A DNA stretch of 44,046 nucleotides, from positions 1 through 44,046 of the IMG/VR virus record IMGVR_UViG_3300037483_000599. One strand, 5' to 3'. This document shows, in pieces, positions 8,272-17,035 of this stretch. Each line of letters begins with the position of its first letter. Within the stretch, counting starts at the first letter, position 1. Source of the DNA: a virus (lineage: Duplodnaviria; Caudoviricetes). The notes under the pieces are model-generated. The model made no database searches, was not told the DNA's origin, and was given only the letters and a program-made list of their open reading frames with translations. The position numbers were made by a program, and so were the translations under genes.

Positions 8272-8501
8272 CGGCAGACCAAGGGGCGGATGCCCGGACC
8301 CTGGCGCGCCTCCTGTGCGCCCAGGGCCGGACCCCGTGTTCCGGGACCCGGTTCCCGGCCGGGTTCTGTGACGGACACCACCGGGCGGCGTTGCTCGAGG
8401 TGGCCCAGGCGGCCCTCGTCGAGGCACGGACCAAGCGCCGGGAACACCGGGACATCGTACGAAACCAGGCGGACCTGTTCGGGAAAGGGGCGGCGGCATG
8501 A
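8262..8501 (+). CDS. Hypothetical Cys/His-containing protein
   Basis: GTG after a G-rich SD; C..C..CxxH pattern; coupled to the HD gene. Confidence 0.55.
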   Translation: MSLTADQGADARTLARLLCAQGRTPCSGTRFPAGFCDGHHRAALLEVAQAALVEARTKRREHRDIVRNQADLFGKGAAA

Positions 8502-9124
8502 GGCACCGATACGACCCGGCGCGGGGCGCCGGGGTGCAGACCTACACGGGCCGGTTCTTTTACTTCACGGACCCGCGGCCCGAGGACGTGGTGCCCGAGG
8601 ACGTTGCCTGGGCCCTGGCCCGGGCCCCGCGGTTCACCGGCCATACCCTGGGCGACGTGGACGAGCCCTATACGGTGGCCCAGCACTCGTTCCTGGTGTC
8701 GGCCGGGGCCGAGCCGCCGCCCAGCGCCGATCCCGCTGCGTTCCGGTTCGCGGCCCTCCTGCACGACGCCCACGAGGGGTACATGGGCGACCTGTCCACG
8801 CCTTTGGCGTGGGCGTTGGGCCGGGACCAGGTGGCCGACCTCAAGGCAGCCATCCAGCTAGTCATTCACCGGGCCCTGGGGCTGCCTACTATCCTCCCCT
8901 CGTCCTGGACCGCGGCCATTCGCGTGGCGGACCGGCGGGCGTTGGCCACCGAACGCCGGGACCTGATGGCCCCGGCCGACTGGTCCGATGCGTTCAGGTC
9001 TGAGCTCCTCGAACCGTTCCCGGGCCCGCTGTGTGTCTGGGACGCCGGCTCGGTTCACCGTGACTTCCTCTACGCCCTGTACGACGGCGCGGCATACCTG
9101 CGGGGGAAGGCGGTGGCGGCATGA
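8498..9124 (+). CDS. HD-domain phosphohydrolase (YfbR/YfdR-like 5'-deoxynucleotidase)
   Basis: 'RFTGH...YTVAQHS', 'ALLHDAHEGYMGD', 'ADRRALATE'. Confidence 0.9.
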   Translation: MRHRYDPARGAGVQTYTGRFFYFTDPRPEDVVPEDVAWALARAPRFTGHTLGDVDEPYTVAQHSFLVSAGAEPPPSADPAAFRFAALLHDAHEGYMGDLSTPLAWALGRDQVADLKAAIQLVIHRALGLPTILPSSWTAAIRVADRRALATERRDLMAPADWSDAFRSELLEPFPGPLCVWDAGSVHRDFLYALYDGAAYLRGKAVAA

Positions 9125-9579
9125 ACGACAACCCCAAGGACGTGGCGGGGCGGAACAAGGTCCCCCTGTCCCTGGTCCCGGCCGTGGCCCTGGCCCACGA
9201 GGCCGAGGCGTTCCGGTACGGGGCATATGAGGCGCCGCGGGCGGACGGGGGCCGGGGGTATGGCCCGTACAACTGGCGCCAGACCCCGGTCCGGGCATCG
9301 GTCTACGTGGACGCCGCCCTGCGGCACCTCCTGGACTACTTCGACGGAGAGAACCGGGCGCCCGACAGCCGGGCCCACCACCTGGGCCATGCCCGGGCGT
9401 GCCTGGCCATCGTTCTCGATGCCCTGGAACAGGGGACCCTGGTGGACGACCGTCCCACCCCAGGCACCGCGGCCGTGGTCCTGGCCCGCATGAACCGGGA
9501 ACGCCTGGCACGCCCGCGGCCACAGGTCCAGGACTTGGACGTGGCCCCACCCCCGACCATCGAAGGGAAGGCGGCATGA
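9121..9579 (+). CDS. dATP/dGTP diphosphohydrolase domain protein (DUF5664-like)
   Basis: 'NPKD..G..KVPLSLVP', 'YG..NWR', 'YVDAALRHL', 'GE..PDS..HHLGHA..CLAI'. Confidence 0.85.
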   Translation: MNDNPKDVAGRNKVPLSLVPAVALAHEAEAFRYGAYEAPRADGGRGYGPYNWRQTPVRASVYVDAALRHLLDYFDGENRAPDSRAHHLGHARACLAIVLDALEQGTLVDDRPTPGTAAVVLARMNRERLARPRPQVQDLDVAPPPTIEGKAA

Positions 9580-9728
9580 GCCGAACGGCACGGCGGAACT
9601 CGACCAAGACCCGGGCCGCCCAGCGGTCCCGGCGTCACCGGTACGACGCCACGGCCAACAACAAGCGGCACCGTCGCCGAGTGCGTCGGGCCGAACGACT
9701 GGGCCAGCCGGCCCGGAGGGTGGCATGA
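9576..9728 (+). CDS. Small Arg-rich protein
   Basis: ATGA-coupled at both ends; strongly basic. Confidence 0.55.
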   Translation: MSRTARRNSTKTRAAQRSRRHRYDATANNKRHRRRVRRAERLGQPARRVA

Positions 9729-10258
9729 CGAGACTGCACAAGCCGGCCGTGGTGGCCGAACACCGCAAGCTGGCCAACCTTCTCCTGTCCGCCCACCGAC
9801 ACAACCAGTCGGTGTCCGTCACCACCCTACGGGAACGGTGCATGGTGCCCCCGGCGGACGGCGGTCCGTTCGTGTGCCGGGCCCGCCGGTTCCTCGAGGC
9901 CCTGACCCGGGCCGGCGTCCTGGAAAACGTGACGCCGGAACACCGGCGCATGACCCGGTACATGGTCCGCGACCGCGACCTGGTCGAGCAGGTGGCGACC
10001 CATGGCCTGGCCGCGGCCCTCGAGGCCCACAAGATCCCGGCACCGGACCCGGTGCCCGAAGGACGCCAGGCGGACGTGTCCAGGATTCACGTTGCTCTCC
10101 TCTACGACATTCTGGCCAGGGTCGAGGGCAAGCTCGACCGCCTGGCCAAGGCGGTAGAGGCCCAGGCCCAGGGGGAACTGGGACTCCTGGCCCTGGAAAA
10201 GCCACGGCCTCCGGTAGCGGTGGGGCGGGCGAACGAAAACGGGAAGGCGGCGGGGTGA
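9725..10258 (+). CDS. Hypothetical protein, possible winged helix
   Basis: 'ARRFLEALTRAGVLE' helix-wing pattern, C-terminal coiled coil. Confidence 0.6.
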   Translation: MTRLHKPAVVAEHRKLANLLLSAHRHNQSVSVTTLRERCMVPPADGGPFVCRARRFLEALTRAGVLENVTPEHRRMTRYMVRDRDLVEQVATHGLAAALEAHKIPAPDPVPEGRQADVSRIHVALLYDILARVEGKLDRLAKAVEAQAQGELGLLALEKPRPPVAVGRANENGKAAG

Positions 10259-10260
10259 CC

Positions 10261-10920
10261 ATGGACCGAGCAGAGAGGTGGGTGGAGGAGGAGACGGGGC
10301 CGGCCGAAACGCCGGCCCCGGTTGTTTCGGAGACGGCCCGGCATGGACCGAAGCCACGGAACACCGATCGGGACGCGGCCATAGTCCGCGACTACGTGGG
10401 CGGCATGGGCCTCGACGACGTGGCCGCCCAATACAACCTGTCGCGGTCCCGGACGTGGCGGATCCTGACGGACCTCGGGGCCATCGAGGGTACGGGGGAG
10501 CCGGTGCGCCGCGGGCCCCTCTACACCAGGCGCCTGGCCCGGTGGCTTGACTCGTTCTACCGGGGCGGGGACGAGGCCCAGGAGGAGGAGTTGCCGTTCG
10601 CCGACCTGTTGGCGCCCGGGGAGGTGTGGTGTGGCCGGCCCGAAATGAGGGGCCACGGCCTGCGGATCGAGCTCGGCCGGGTGCCGCGGACCGGAGAGCT
10701 CGAGGTGTTCTGGTCCAAGGGCTGGCTCCACGGGTGCCCCTACGGGCACCACCGCGCCGACCAGGCCCTGCGGCACTTCAGCGTGACGGAAACGGTCGGC
10801 GGCGTGCGGTACCGGCGCGAGGGGTGGGCGTGCTGCTGGGAGTCGGTGGCCCGGCGGCCCGTGGAAACCCCCGCATGGGACAGCCCCCTGGCCTTCACCC
10901 CTGGGAGGGACGGACGATGA
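10261..10920 (+). CDS. HTH (sigma-70 region 4/Mor-like) DNA-binding protein
   Basis: 'RDAAIVRDYVGGMGLDDVAAQYNLSRSRTWRIL'. Confidence 0.7.
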   Translation: MDRAERWVEEETGPAETPAPVVSETARHGPKPRNTDRDAAIVRDYVGGMGLDDVAAQYNLSRSRTWRILTDLGAIEGTGEPVRRGPLYTRRLARWLDSFYRGGDEAQEEELPFADLLAPGEVWCGRPEMRGHGLRIELGRVPRTGELEVFWSKGWLHGCPYGHHRADQALRHFSVTETVGGVRYRREGWACCWESVARRPVETPAWDSPLAFTPGRDGR

Positions 10921-11183
10921 GACGGAAGCCCGAGGTCGGTGACGTGGTCGTGATCCTGGCGCCCCCGCCCGAGACGGACCTGAACGAGCTTGTGGGGAGC
11001 CTGGGGGAGGTAACCCAGGTCCTGTACATCCACGACGCCGACCCCATCCCGTTCCGGGTGCGGCACGCCCCGGGAAACCACTGGCTCGACACCCTGGGCT
11101 GGTGGTACGGCCCAGAACACCTGGCCGTCATCGGCGACGTGTGGGGCGGAGAGGAGGGGGCAGATGCAGCCGCTGGCCTCTAG
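10917..11183 (+). CDS. Hypothetical protein (SH3/KOW-like)
   Basis: 'VGDVVVI...GEVTQV'; ATGA coupling. Confidence 0.6.
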   Translation: MRRKPEVGDVVVILAPPPETDLNELVGSLGEVTQVLYIHDADPIPFRVRHAPGNHWLDTLGWWYGPEHLAVIGDVWGGEEGADAAAGL

Positions 11184-11355
11184 GCCCACCGTGGGCCGGG
11201 CCCTGGCCGCTGGCCTGCTGGCCCTGGTCCTGGGCAAGACCAAGACGGAGGACGTGCCCACGGCCGTGGCCGACATTCTGCGGCGCCACCGGCCGCGGGT
11301 GACCCACCAGGTCTGGGCCTTCTACAAGCGGCCCCGGTCGAAGGGGTGGGCGTAG
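11164..11355 (+). CDS. Hypothetical protein
   Basis: SD GGAGG upstream; fills the gap between neighbours. Confidence 0.5.
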   Translation: MQPLASRPTVGRALAAGLLALVLGKTKTEDVPTAVADILRRHRPRVTHQVWAFYKRPRSKGWA

Positions 11356-11357
11356 CC

Positions 11358-11825
11358 ATGGCCAACCCACAGAAGCGCAAAGGGGACGACGCCGAACGGG
11401 ACCTGGTGCACCGCCACCAGGCCCTGGGGGTCGAGTGTGAGCGTACCCTGCTGTCGGGCCAGGCGGCGGGCCGGGAACCGGAAACCGACCTGCGGTTGCC
11501 GGCCGGCCTACGGGCCCAGGTCAAGGTGAACGGCCGCGGGGACGGCCTGGTCACCCTCTACCGAAACCTCGGCACCCAGGACGTGCTGTTCACCCGGGCC
11601 GACCGTCACCCCTGGCTGGTCGTCCTATCCTGGGACGCCTGGACCAAGGCCGTGCGGGCCCTGGCCACCAACGGAACCGGGGTCACGGGGGAGTCGGTGC
11701 CGCGAGAGGCGGTCGAGCGGGCCGTGCGGGACGCCGTGCGCCTTACGTACGACTACACCGTGGCCGCGGCGCCACCGGCCCATGTGGTCCGCCTGGTCAC
11801 CGCCCGGGTCATGGTGACCGTTTAA
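11358..11825 (+). CDS. Holliday junction resolvase-like PD-(D/E)xK nuclease
   Basis: 'KRKGDDAERDL...ERT.LSG...D.....QVK' Hjc-like motif order. Confidence 0.75.
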   Translation: MANPQKRKGDDAERDLVHRHQALGVECERTLLSGQAAGREPETDLRLPAGLRAQVKVNGRGDGLVTLYRNLGTQDVLFTRADRHPWLVVLSWDAWTKAVRALATNGTGVTGESVPREAVERAVRDAVRLTYDYTVAAAPPAHVVRLVTARVMVTV

Positions 11826-11869
11826 ACACCCACAGCACCACGCAATACCGGGGGACCATGCCTATGGAC

Positions 11870-11899
11870 TTGCGACAGCCCGACCAGGGGGCGCATATT
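11870..11899 (+). promoter_or_regulatory. Putative late promoter P1 (TTGCGA-18-CATATT)
   Basis: TTGCGACAG shared with 22126, 22960 and 36071. Confidence 0.6.
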
Positions 11900-11935
11900 C
11901 CCGCCCACAGCTCGGCCGATGGTCGAGCACACCAA

Positions 11936-11990
11936 AGGCCCGAAACGAGGCCCATGCCACGGTCCAGACGGACGGTATGGGCCTTTTTCC
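11936..11990 (+). terminator. Leader element L1: AGGCCCGA box plus intrinsic terminator
   Basis: Stem AGGCCCATGCC(11948-58)/GGTATGGGCCT(11974-84), inner GTCC/GGAC, then TTTT. Confidence 0.75.
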
Positions 11991-12265
11991 ATGCCGGGAA
12001 TCGGGTCAAGTGCCCCGGAACCCGGACCATTCGGGGCGGGGCGTACACGGTGCCGTGTCACCGGGAGATCATTGCCCGGGTAGGCCCGGAGACCGTGGTG
12101 GCCGTCCGGGTGTGTGGTCCACGGGCCCCGGGTGACCCGGGCGCCCCGGGCCCATCGGCGTTCATGACCTGCCCCCGGTGCGACACCGGGCTCGAGGTGT
12201 CCATGGACTTCAACTGGCGGACCGCCATGGCCCAGGCGGCCAAGGTGGCCGCCGAGGCGGCGTAG
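11954..12265 (+). CDS. Zn-ribbon protein (Mu Com-like cysteine pattern), candidate late regulator (alternative start 11858)
   Basis: VKC...PC...MTCPRC; GAGG and ATG 11954 lie in the L1 stem. Confidence 0.6.
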   Translation: MPRSRRTVWAFFHAGNRVKCPGTRTIRGGAYTVPCHREIIARVGPETVVAVRVCGPRAPGDPGAPGPSAFMTCPRCDTGLEVSMDFNWRTAMAQAAKVAAEAA

Positions 12266-12276
12266 GTAGGAAACCC

Positions 12277-12813
12277 ATGGGACGGCCCCGCAAGAACCTG
12301 ACAGCGGACCAGGTGCTCGAGGTAGAGCGCCTGGCCGGCCTCGGCCTGACCGAGGCCCAGGTGGGGGACGCCCTGGGGATGTCCGAGCGGACCCTGCGGT
12401 CCCGCATCACCGACACCCCGGCGGTATTCGCCGCCTTCAAAAGGGGCAAGGCGGCCCTCGTGGGCGACGTGGGCCGGTTCCTTCGGGCCATGGCGACCGG
12501 GGCCCAGGTCCTGGACCGCCTCGAAGTGAACGACGAGGGCAAGGCCGTGGTGGTAACGGCCGGGTTCGGGGTTTCCAACGTCAAGGAACTCGGGGCCCGG
12601 GTGACCGCGGCCATCTGGCTGACCAAGACCCAGGGCCGGTGGTCCGAGCCCCCGCGGGCGGTGGAACACAGCGGCCCCGGTGGTGGGCCCATTCGGCGAG
12701 AGGCTACGCCTGCCGACCTGGCCAAGGTGGCCCGGCGGGTCACCAAGCTCCTCGAACGGGCCCGGGAACGTCGGGCGGCGGCACAGGCAGAGGGTCAGGG
12801 GGTGGCGGTATGA
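12277..12813 (+). CDS. terS: Terminase small subunit
   Basis: 'MGRPRK...VERLAGLGLTEAQVGDALGMSERTL', 'AAIWLTK', 'VEHSGPGGGPI'; upstream of TerL. Confidence 0.85.
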   Translation: MGRPRKNLTADQVLEVERLAGLGLTEAQVGDALGMSERTLRSRITDTPAVFAAFKRGKAALVGDVGRFLRAMATGAQVLDRLEVNDEGKAVVVTAGFGVSNVKELGARVTAAIWLTKTQGRWSEPPRAVEHSGPGGGPIRREATPADLAKVARRVTKLLERARERRAAAQAEGQGVAV

Positions 12814-12992
12814 GGTGGGCGGTGGCGGTTGTTCTGGCGGTCGGGTCCCTGGGGTGCCGGGGCACCACGGGCGTCCCCATGTGCACGCCCCCGGACACCA
12901 CGGGCTGGCGGCCCGAGGTGACCCTGGTCGGCGGTGACACGGTCACCGTGACCCTGGTTCCCGTGGTCGTCCAGGAGTGCTGGTACGAGTGA
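12810..12992 (+). CDS. Small lipoprotein
   Basis: Signal peptide with lipobox SLGC. Confidence 0.65.
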   Translation: MRWAVAVVLAVGSLGCRGTTGVPMCTPPDTTGWRPEVTLVGGDTVTVTLVPVVVQECWYE

Positions 12993-13013
12993 ACACGTAC
13001 CAGGGGTAGACAG

Positions 13014-14477
13014 GTGACCGCGCCGGCTATGCCCACGGCCGATGAGGTAGAGGAGCTCTTGCCCTACCTGACCCCGTCCGAGCGGGACGACCTGGACGCC
13101 ATGATGGGCCAGGCGGTGGGGGACGAGCCCCTGACGTTCCGCGAGTACGTGGACCGGGTCCAGCCCGGGTACATCTGGTACGACTGGAACGTCCGCCTGG
13201 CGGCCGTCCTCCAACGGGTGGCCGACGACGAGCTCAAGCGGGTCCTGGTGTCCGCTCCCCCGCGGCACGGGAAATCCGAGGAAATCAGCCGGCTGTTCAC
13301 CGGCTACTACCTGTACCGCCACCCCGAGCGGTGGGTCGGGCTGTCGTCCTACGCCCTGGCCCTGGCCCAGTCCCTGTCCCGTAACGCCCGGAACTACTAC
13401 CGGGCCATGGGTGCCCCGGAATCGTCCGAGGCCTCGGCCGTCACCCACTGGGAGACGGGCAAGGGTGGGGGCATGTGGGCGGCCGGCGTCGGCGGACCAC
13501 TGACCGGCAAAGGGTTCCACCTGGGGGTGATTGACGACCCGACCAAGAACCAGGAGGAGGCCCTGTCGGACGTGGTCCGTCAGTCCCACAAGGACTGGTA
13601 CCAGTCCACGTTCTACACCCGGCGCGAACCCGACGCGGCCATCGTGGTCATCATGACTCGCTGGCACGGGGACGACCTGGTGGGCTGGCTGCTGGAGCAG
13701 GAGGCGGGGGAAAAGCCCGAGCGGTGGCACATCGTGGACTTCCCCGCCCTGGCGGGCGAGCCGGCCGAGTGGCCGGCGACGTGCACGGTGGAACCCGACC
13801 CGCGGGCAGCGGGCGAGGCCTTGTGTCCCGAGCGGTACTCGCGGGACGAGCTCGAGCGCATCCGAACCCGGGTCGGTGCCTACTGGTTCGCGGCCATGTA
13901 CCAGGGCCGCCCGCGGCCCCGCGAGGGCGCGCTGTTTAAACGGGCCTGGTTTGACGTGGTCCCCGTGGCCCCGGTGGGCGGGGAGACCGTCCGGGCCTGG
14001 GACATTGCCGCGTCCGCTGGTTCGGGTGACTGGACCGTGGGCCTGAAGATGCGCCGAATTGGCGCCACGTTCTACGTCCTGGACGTGGTCCGCGGCCAGT
14101 GGGATGCCGGGGACCGTGACCGGATCATAAAACAGACGGCGTCCCAGGACGGCAAGGCCGTGCGGGTCCGGGCGCCCCAGGACCCGGGGGCCGCCGGCAA
14201 GGACCTGGCGGCCCACATTCGACGCCTCCTGGTCGGCTACGACATCCAGACGAGGGTGGTGTCCGGGGACAAGGTGGTCCGGGCCAACCCCATGGTGTCC
14301 CAGGCCCAGGGCGGGAACGTGGTCCTGGTCCGGGGCGACTGGAACAAGGTCTACCTGGACGAGGTCTGTGACTTCCCGTTCGGCAAGAACGACGACCAGG
14401 CGGACGCGGGCTCGGACGCCTTTAACGACCTGGCCCACGAGGGCCCGGGGCGGCGTGCGCCGGTGAGGTGGTCATGA
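13014..14477 (+). CDS. terL: Terminase large subunit
   Basis: Walker A 'PPRHGKS', 'LTGKG', Walker B 'VIDDP', 'MTRWH', RNaseH-like 'AWDIA' and 'DDQADA'. Confidence 0.97.
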   Translation: MTAPAMPTADEVEELLPYLTPSERDDLDAMMGQAVGDEPLTFREYVDRVQPGYIWYDWNVRLAAVLQRVADDELKRVLVSAPPRHGKSEEISRLFTGYYLYRHPERWVGLSSYALALAQSLSRNARNYYRAMGAPESSEASAVTHWETGKGGGMWAAGVGGPLTGKGFHLGVIDDPTKNQEEALSDVVRQSHKDWYQSTFYTRREPDAAIVVIMTRWHGDDLVGWLLEQEAGEKPERWHIVDFPALAGEPAEWPATCTVEPDPRAAGEALCPERYSRDELERIRTRVGAYWFAAMYQGRPRPREGALFKRAWFDVVPVAPVGGETVRAWDIAASAGSGDWTVGLKMRRIGATFYVLDVVRGQWDAGDRDRIIKQTASQDGKAVRVRAPQDPGAAGKDLAAHIRRLLVGYDIQTRVVSGDKVVRANPMVSQAQGGNVVLVRGDWNKVYLDEVCDFPFGKNDDQADAGSDAFNDLAHEGPGRRAPVRWS

Positions 14478-14728
14478 GGGCCATGGTGTTCCTGGTAGCC
14501 GTGTGGCTGTGTGCCACCGGGGCCGAGTGTTACCTGCCCACGGGCCCGCGGGGAGGAGAGGCCTCGCTCTGCGCCGAGGCTGACACCGTGGCCTGGGTGA
14601 CGTTCGTAGACACGGTCTGGGTCGAAACGACGGCAAACGGCCGGCGCGTGAAGGTCGCCCACCTGCCCGGGGACTCGGTTCCCCTGACGCGGCAACGGTG
14701 TGGCGAGGCGTGGGGGATGGGGGAATAG
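14474..14728 (+). CDS. Small exported protein or lipoprotein
   Basis: N-terminal hydrophobic signal followed by Cys; ATGA coupling. Confidence 0.55.
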   Translation: MRAMVFLVAVWLCATGAECYLPTGPRGGEASLCAEADTVAWVTFVDTVWVETTANGRRVKVAHLPGDSVPLTRQRCGEAWGMGE

Positions 14729-14730
14729 GG

Positions 14731-16308
14731 ATGCCCGACAAACTGGAACGACCGTCTCGTTGTCACCCGCACCGCAAGCGGTGGCTCGAGGACCAGGCCC
14801 GGCAACGGGCCAGCTACCTGGCCACCCGGCGGCACCTGTCGCCGTTCCTGGTGCCCCACCGGTTCGAGGGGAACACCAGGCCCGAGGACCTGCGGCGGGC
14901 CCAGTACGGGTACGGGGTGCGGCTGAACCACGCCTACCTGTCCGAACTCTTGGGGCACGTCTCCGAGGCCGTGGCCACCTGGACCTGGGGTCCGTTGGCC
15001 GAGGGCGCGGATCCCGGGCCCGGGGCGCCGGCCGAGGGCACGATGGGCCGCCAGGTGTGGGACGACGCGACCGGCGACGGAAAACCCTGGGGCGAGTTCT
15101 TTCTGGGCCCGGACGGCGTCCTGGAATGGATGCTGTCAAGCCCGGGTGGGTTCGTGGTGGTGGACGCCCCGGCCATTCCCACGGCGACCAGGGCGGACGA
15201 GAAGGCCGCGGGAAAGCGGCCCTATGTGCGCCGGGTACCGTGGTCCGCGGTCGAGGACATCGGCTGGGGGCCGACCGGACCGCGGTGGGTGAAGCTGACA
15301 GAGGGGCGGGACGAACGGAAGCCGGACGGCCAGGACAACAAGCTGTCCTCGTACCACGTCCTCTACTGGCTCGACGGCGACACGTCCAAGGTGGCCCGGT
15401 ACGACCAGAAGGGTAACCGGGTGGGCCCCGAGGTGGACCTGGGGGTGTTCCTTGACCTCCAGGGCCGGCCATCCCTGCCTCTGATAGAGGCACGGTATGG
15501 GGTCCACCCGGACGTGCCGTTCCTGGGGTCGGGCCTCCTGCTCGGCCTCGAGGACATCGTCATTGACCTGTACAACGTGCAGTCCGAAACCCGCGAGGGG
15601 TTCCGGGATGCCACGTTCGGGGTGTGGTGGCACCGGGGCCCGGGCAAGGACGACGTGGCCGCGGCGTTCCAGGAGGGCGACCGCCTCATTTCCCTGGGGG
15701 ACAGCGAGCACTCGGCCATCGGGCGCGAGGCGGCCGACCCGGCCGAAACCCAGACGGGGATGGAGCTGTTTCAGGTCGGCATCAAGGCGTGGGCCGAGGC
15801 CGCGGCACGACAGGCGGCCGAGGCGACGGCCGGGGCCCGGGAACAGTCCGGCGTGGCCCTCAAGGCCGAGTTCCAGTTGGACATCCGGCCCCTGCTGGTC
15901 CGGGTGGCCTCGGCGCTGGACCAGGTGGAAACCAATGTCCTCTGGGTCGTGGCCCAGATGGCCGGGGCCGATGGCGCCGCGGCCAACAAGGTGGGCGCTA
16001 CCAGGGCCACAGACTTCCAGGTAGAGGACGAGGCGGCGCGCATCAGCCGCCTGGTGGGCGACTACACCCGGTCCCTCGAGCTGCCAGAGGAGGCCAAGGT
16101 GCGGCTGTTCCTGCGGTGGGCCGAGGCGTCGGGGTTGTTCGGTGACCTGGACAAACCGGCCGAGGGGGTGGAGGGGGCGGCCGTGGGCCAGACCCTGCGC
16201 CAGGTCCTCGAGGCCCAGGTGCGGACCATGGTGGGCCAGGAGGCCCAGTTGAAACGGCGCCAGGCCGAGTTCGACCTGACGGGCGGCGGTGCGGGCGGGC
16301 GGTTCTAA
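14731..16308 (+). CDS. Portal protein
   Basis: About 525 aa after TerL; 'RFEGN..EDL.RA.Y...LN' and 'QSGVALKAEF...L..VA.AL...E' portal-like patterns. Confidence 0.8.
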   Translation: MPDKLERPSRCHPHRKRWLEDQARQRASYLATRRHLSPFLVPHRFEGNTRPEDLRRAQYGYGVRLNHAYLSELLGHVSEAVATWTWGPLAEGADPGPGAPAEGTMGRQVWDDATGDGKPWGEFFLGPDGVLEWMLSSPGGFVVVDAPAIPTATRADEKAAGKRPYVRRVPWSAVEDIGWGPTGPRWVKLTEGRDERKPDGQDNKLSSYHVLYWLDGDTSKVARYDQKGNRVGPEVDLGVFLDLQGRPSLPLIEARYGVHPDVPFLGSGLLLGLEDIVIDLYNVQSETREGFRDATFGVWWHRGPGKDDVAAAFQEGDRLISLGDSEHSAIGREAADPAETQTGMELFQVGIKAWAEAAARQAAEATAGAREQSGVALKAEFQLDIRPLLVRVASALDQVETNVLWVVAQMAGADGAAANKVGATRATDFQVEDEAARISRLVGDYTRSLELPEEAKVRLFLRWAEASGLFGDLDKPAEGVEGAAVGQTLRQVLEAQVRTMVGQEAQLKRRQAEFDLTGGGAGGRF

Positions 16309-16332
16309 ACACACAACGGGCGGGGTGGGAAC

Positions 16333-16776
16333 ATGGCGGCGTACAACAAATTCAATGCGTTCGTCGAGCACCTGTGCGACAAGGTGCACGACCTCTTTGG
16401 CACGGCCGCGGCCGACCTGCTGAAGATCCTTCTCTCCAACACGGCCCCCGTGGCCACCAACTCGGTCAAGGCCGACCTGGTGGAAATCACGGCCGGCAAC
16501 GGCTACACGGCCGGCGGGGAGGACGTGCAGAACGACGGCACCCGGGCTACCGGGACCTTCACGTTGACCGGGACCAAGGTGGTCTGGACGGCCGCGGGCG
16601 GGACCATCGGGCCGTTCCAGTACGTGGTGCTCTACAACGACACCCCCGCGGCCCCCGCGGACCCGCTCATCGCCTGGTGGAACCACGGCGCCGCCGTGAC
16701 CCTCCAGATCGGCGAGACGTTCACGGTGAAGTTCAACAACAGCGACCCCACGGGAACCATCTTCACCCTCGCCTAG
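16333..16776 (+). CDS. Virion structural protein (beta-rich, fibre-cassette associated)
   Basis: 'EITAGNGYTAGG', 'WTAAGGTIGPFQYVVLYNDT', a pattern common in phage structural genes. Confidence 0.7.
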   Translation: MAAYNKFNAFVEHLCDKVHDLFGTAAADLLKILLSNTAPVATNSVKADLVEITAGNGYTAGGEDVQNDGTRATGTFTLTGTKVVWTAAGGTIGPFQYVVLYNDTPAAPADPLIAWWNHGAAVTLQIGETFTVKFNNSDPTGTIFTLA

Positions 16777-16798
16777 GCCGGCAGAAAGGGACCACCCC

Positions 16799-17026
16799 AT
16801 GACGTTGACCGACTTCCGGTGGCGCACCGCCAACCGGATCCGCCGGGCCCTGGGCCGCCAGGCCCAGCCCCGGCCCTGTTGCCGCGACCCCAGGAACCTG
16901 GGGCCCGTGGCCGTCCTGTGCGCGGACGCCACCGCCGACCTGACGGTGCGGTGGTGCCAGGCGTGCGGGGTCCGGCATTTCACCCTGAACGCCGACCCTG
17001 GCCGCCTGGGCGTGCGGGCGTCCTAG
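16799..17026 (+). CDS. Small Cys-rich protein
   Basis: PCC...CQACG; good SD. Confidence 0.6.
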   Translation: MTLTDFRWRTANRIRRALGRQAQPRPCCRDPRNLGPVAVLCADATADLTVRWCQACGVRHFTLNADPGRLGVRAS

Positions 17027-17035
17027 GCGGTCGAA

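Noticed and set aside
8498-9579. 2-aminoadenine (Z) genome or 7-deazaguanine system
   Set aside because: No PurZ, DNA polymerase, DpdA or Que/FolE genes are recognisable.
12795-16983. Long minus-strand ORFs (547 aa, 615 aa) and similar ones across the window
   Set aside because: Antisense shadows of well-supported + strand genes in GC-rich DNA; no protein motifs.
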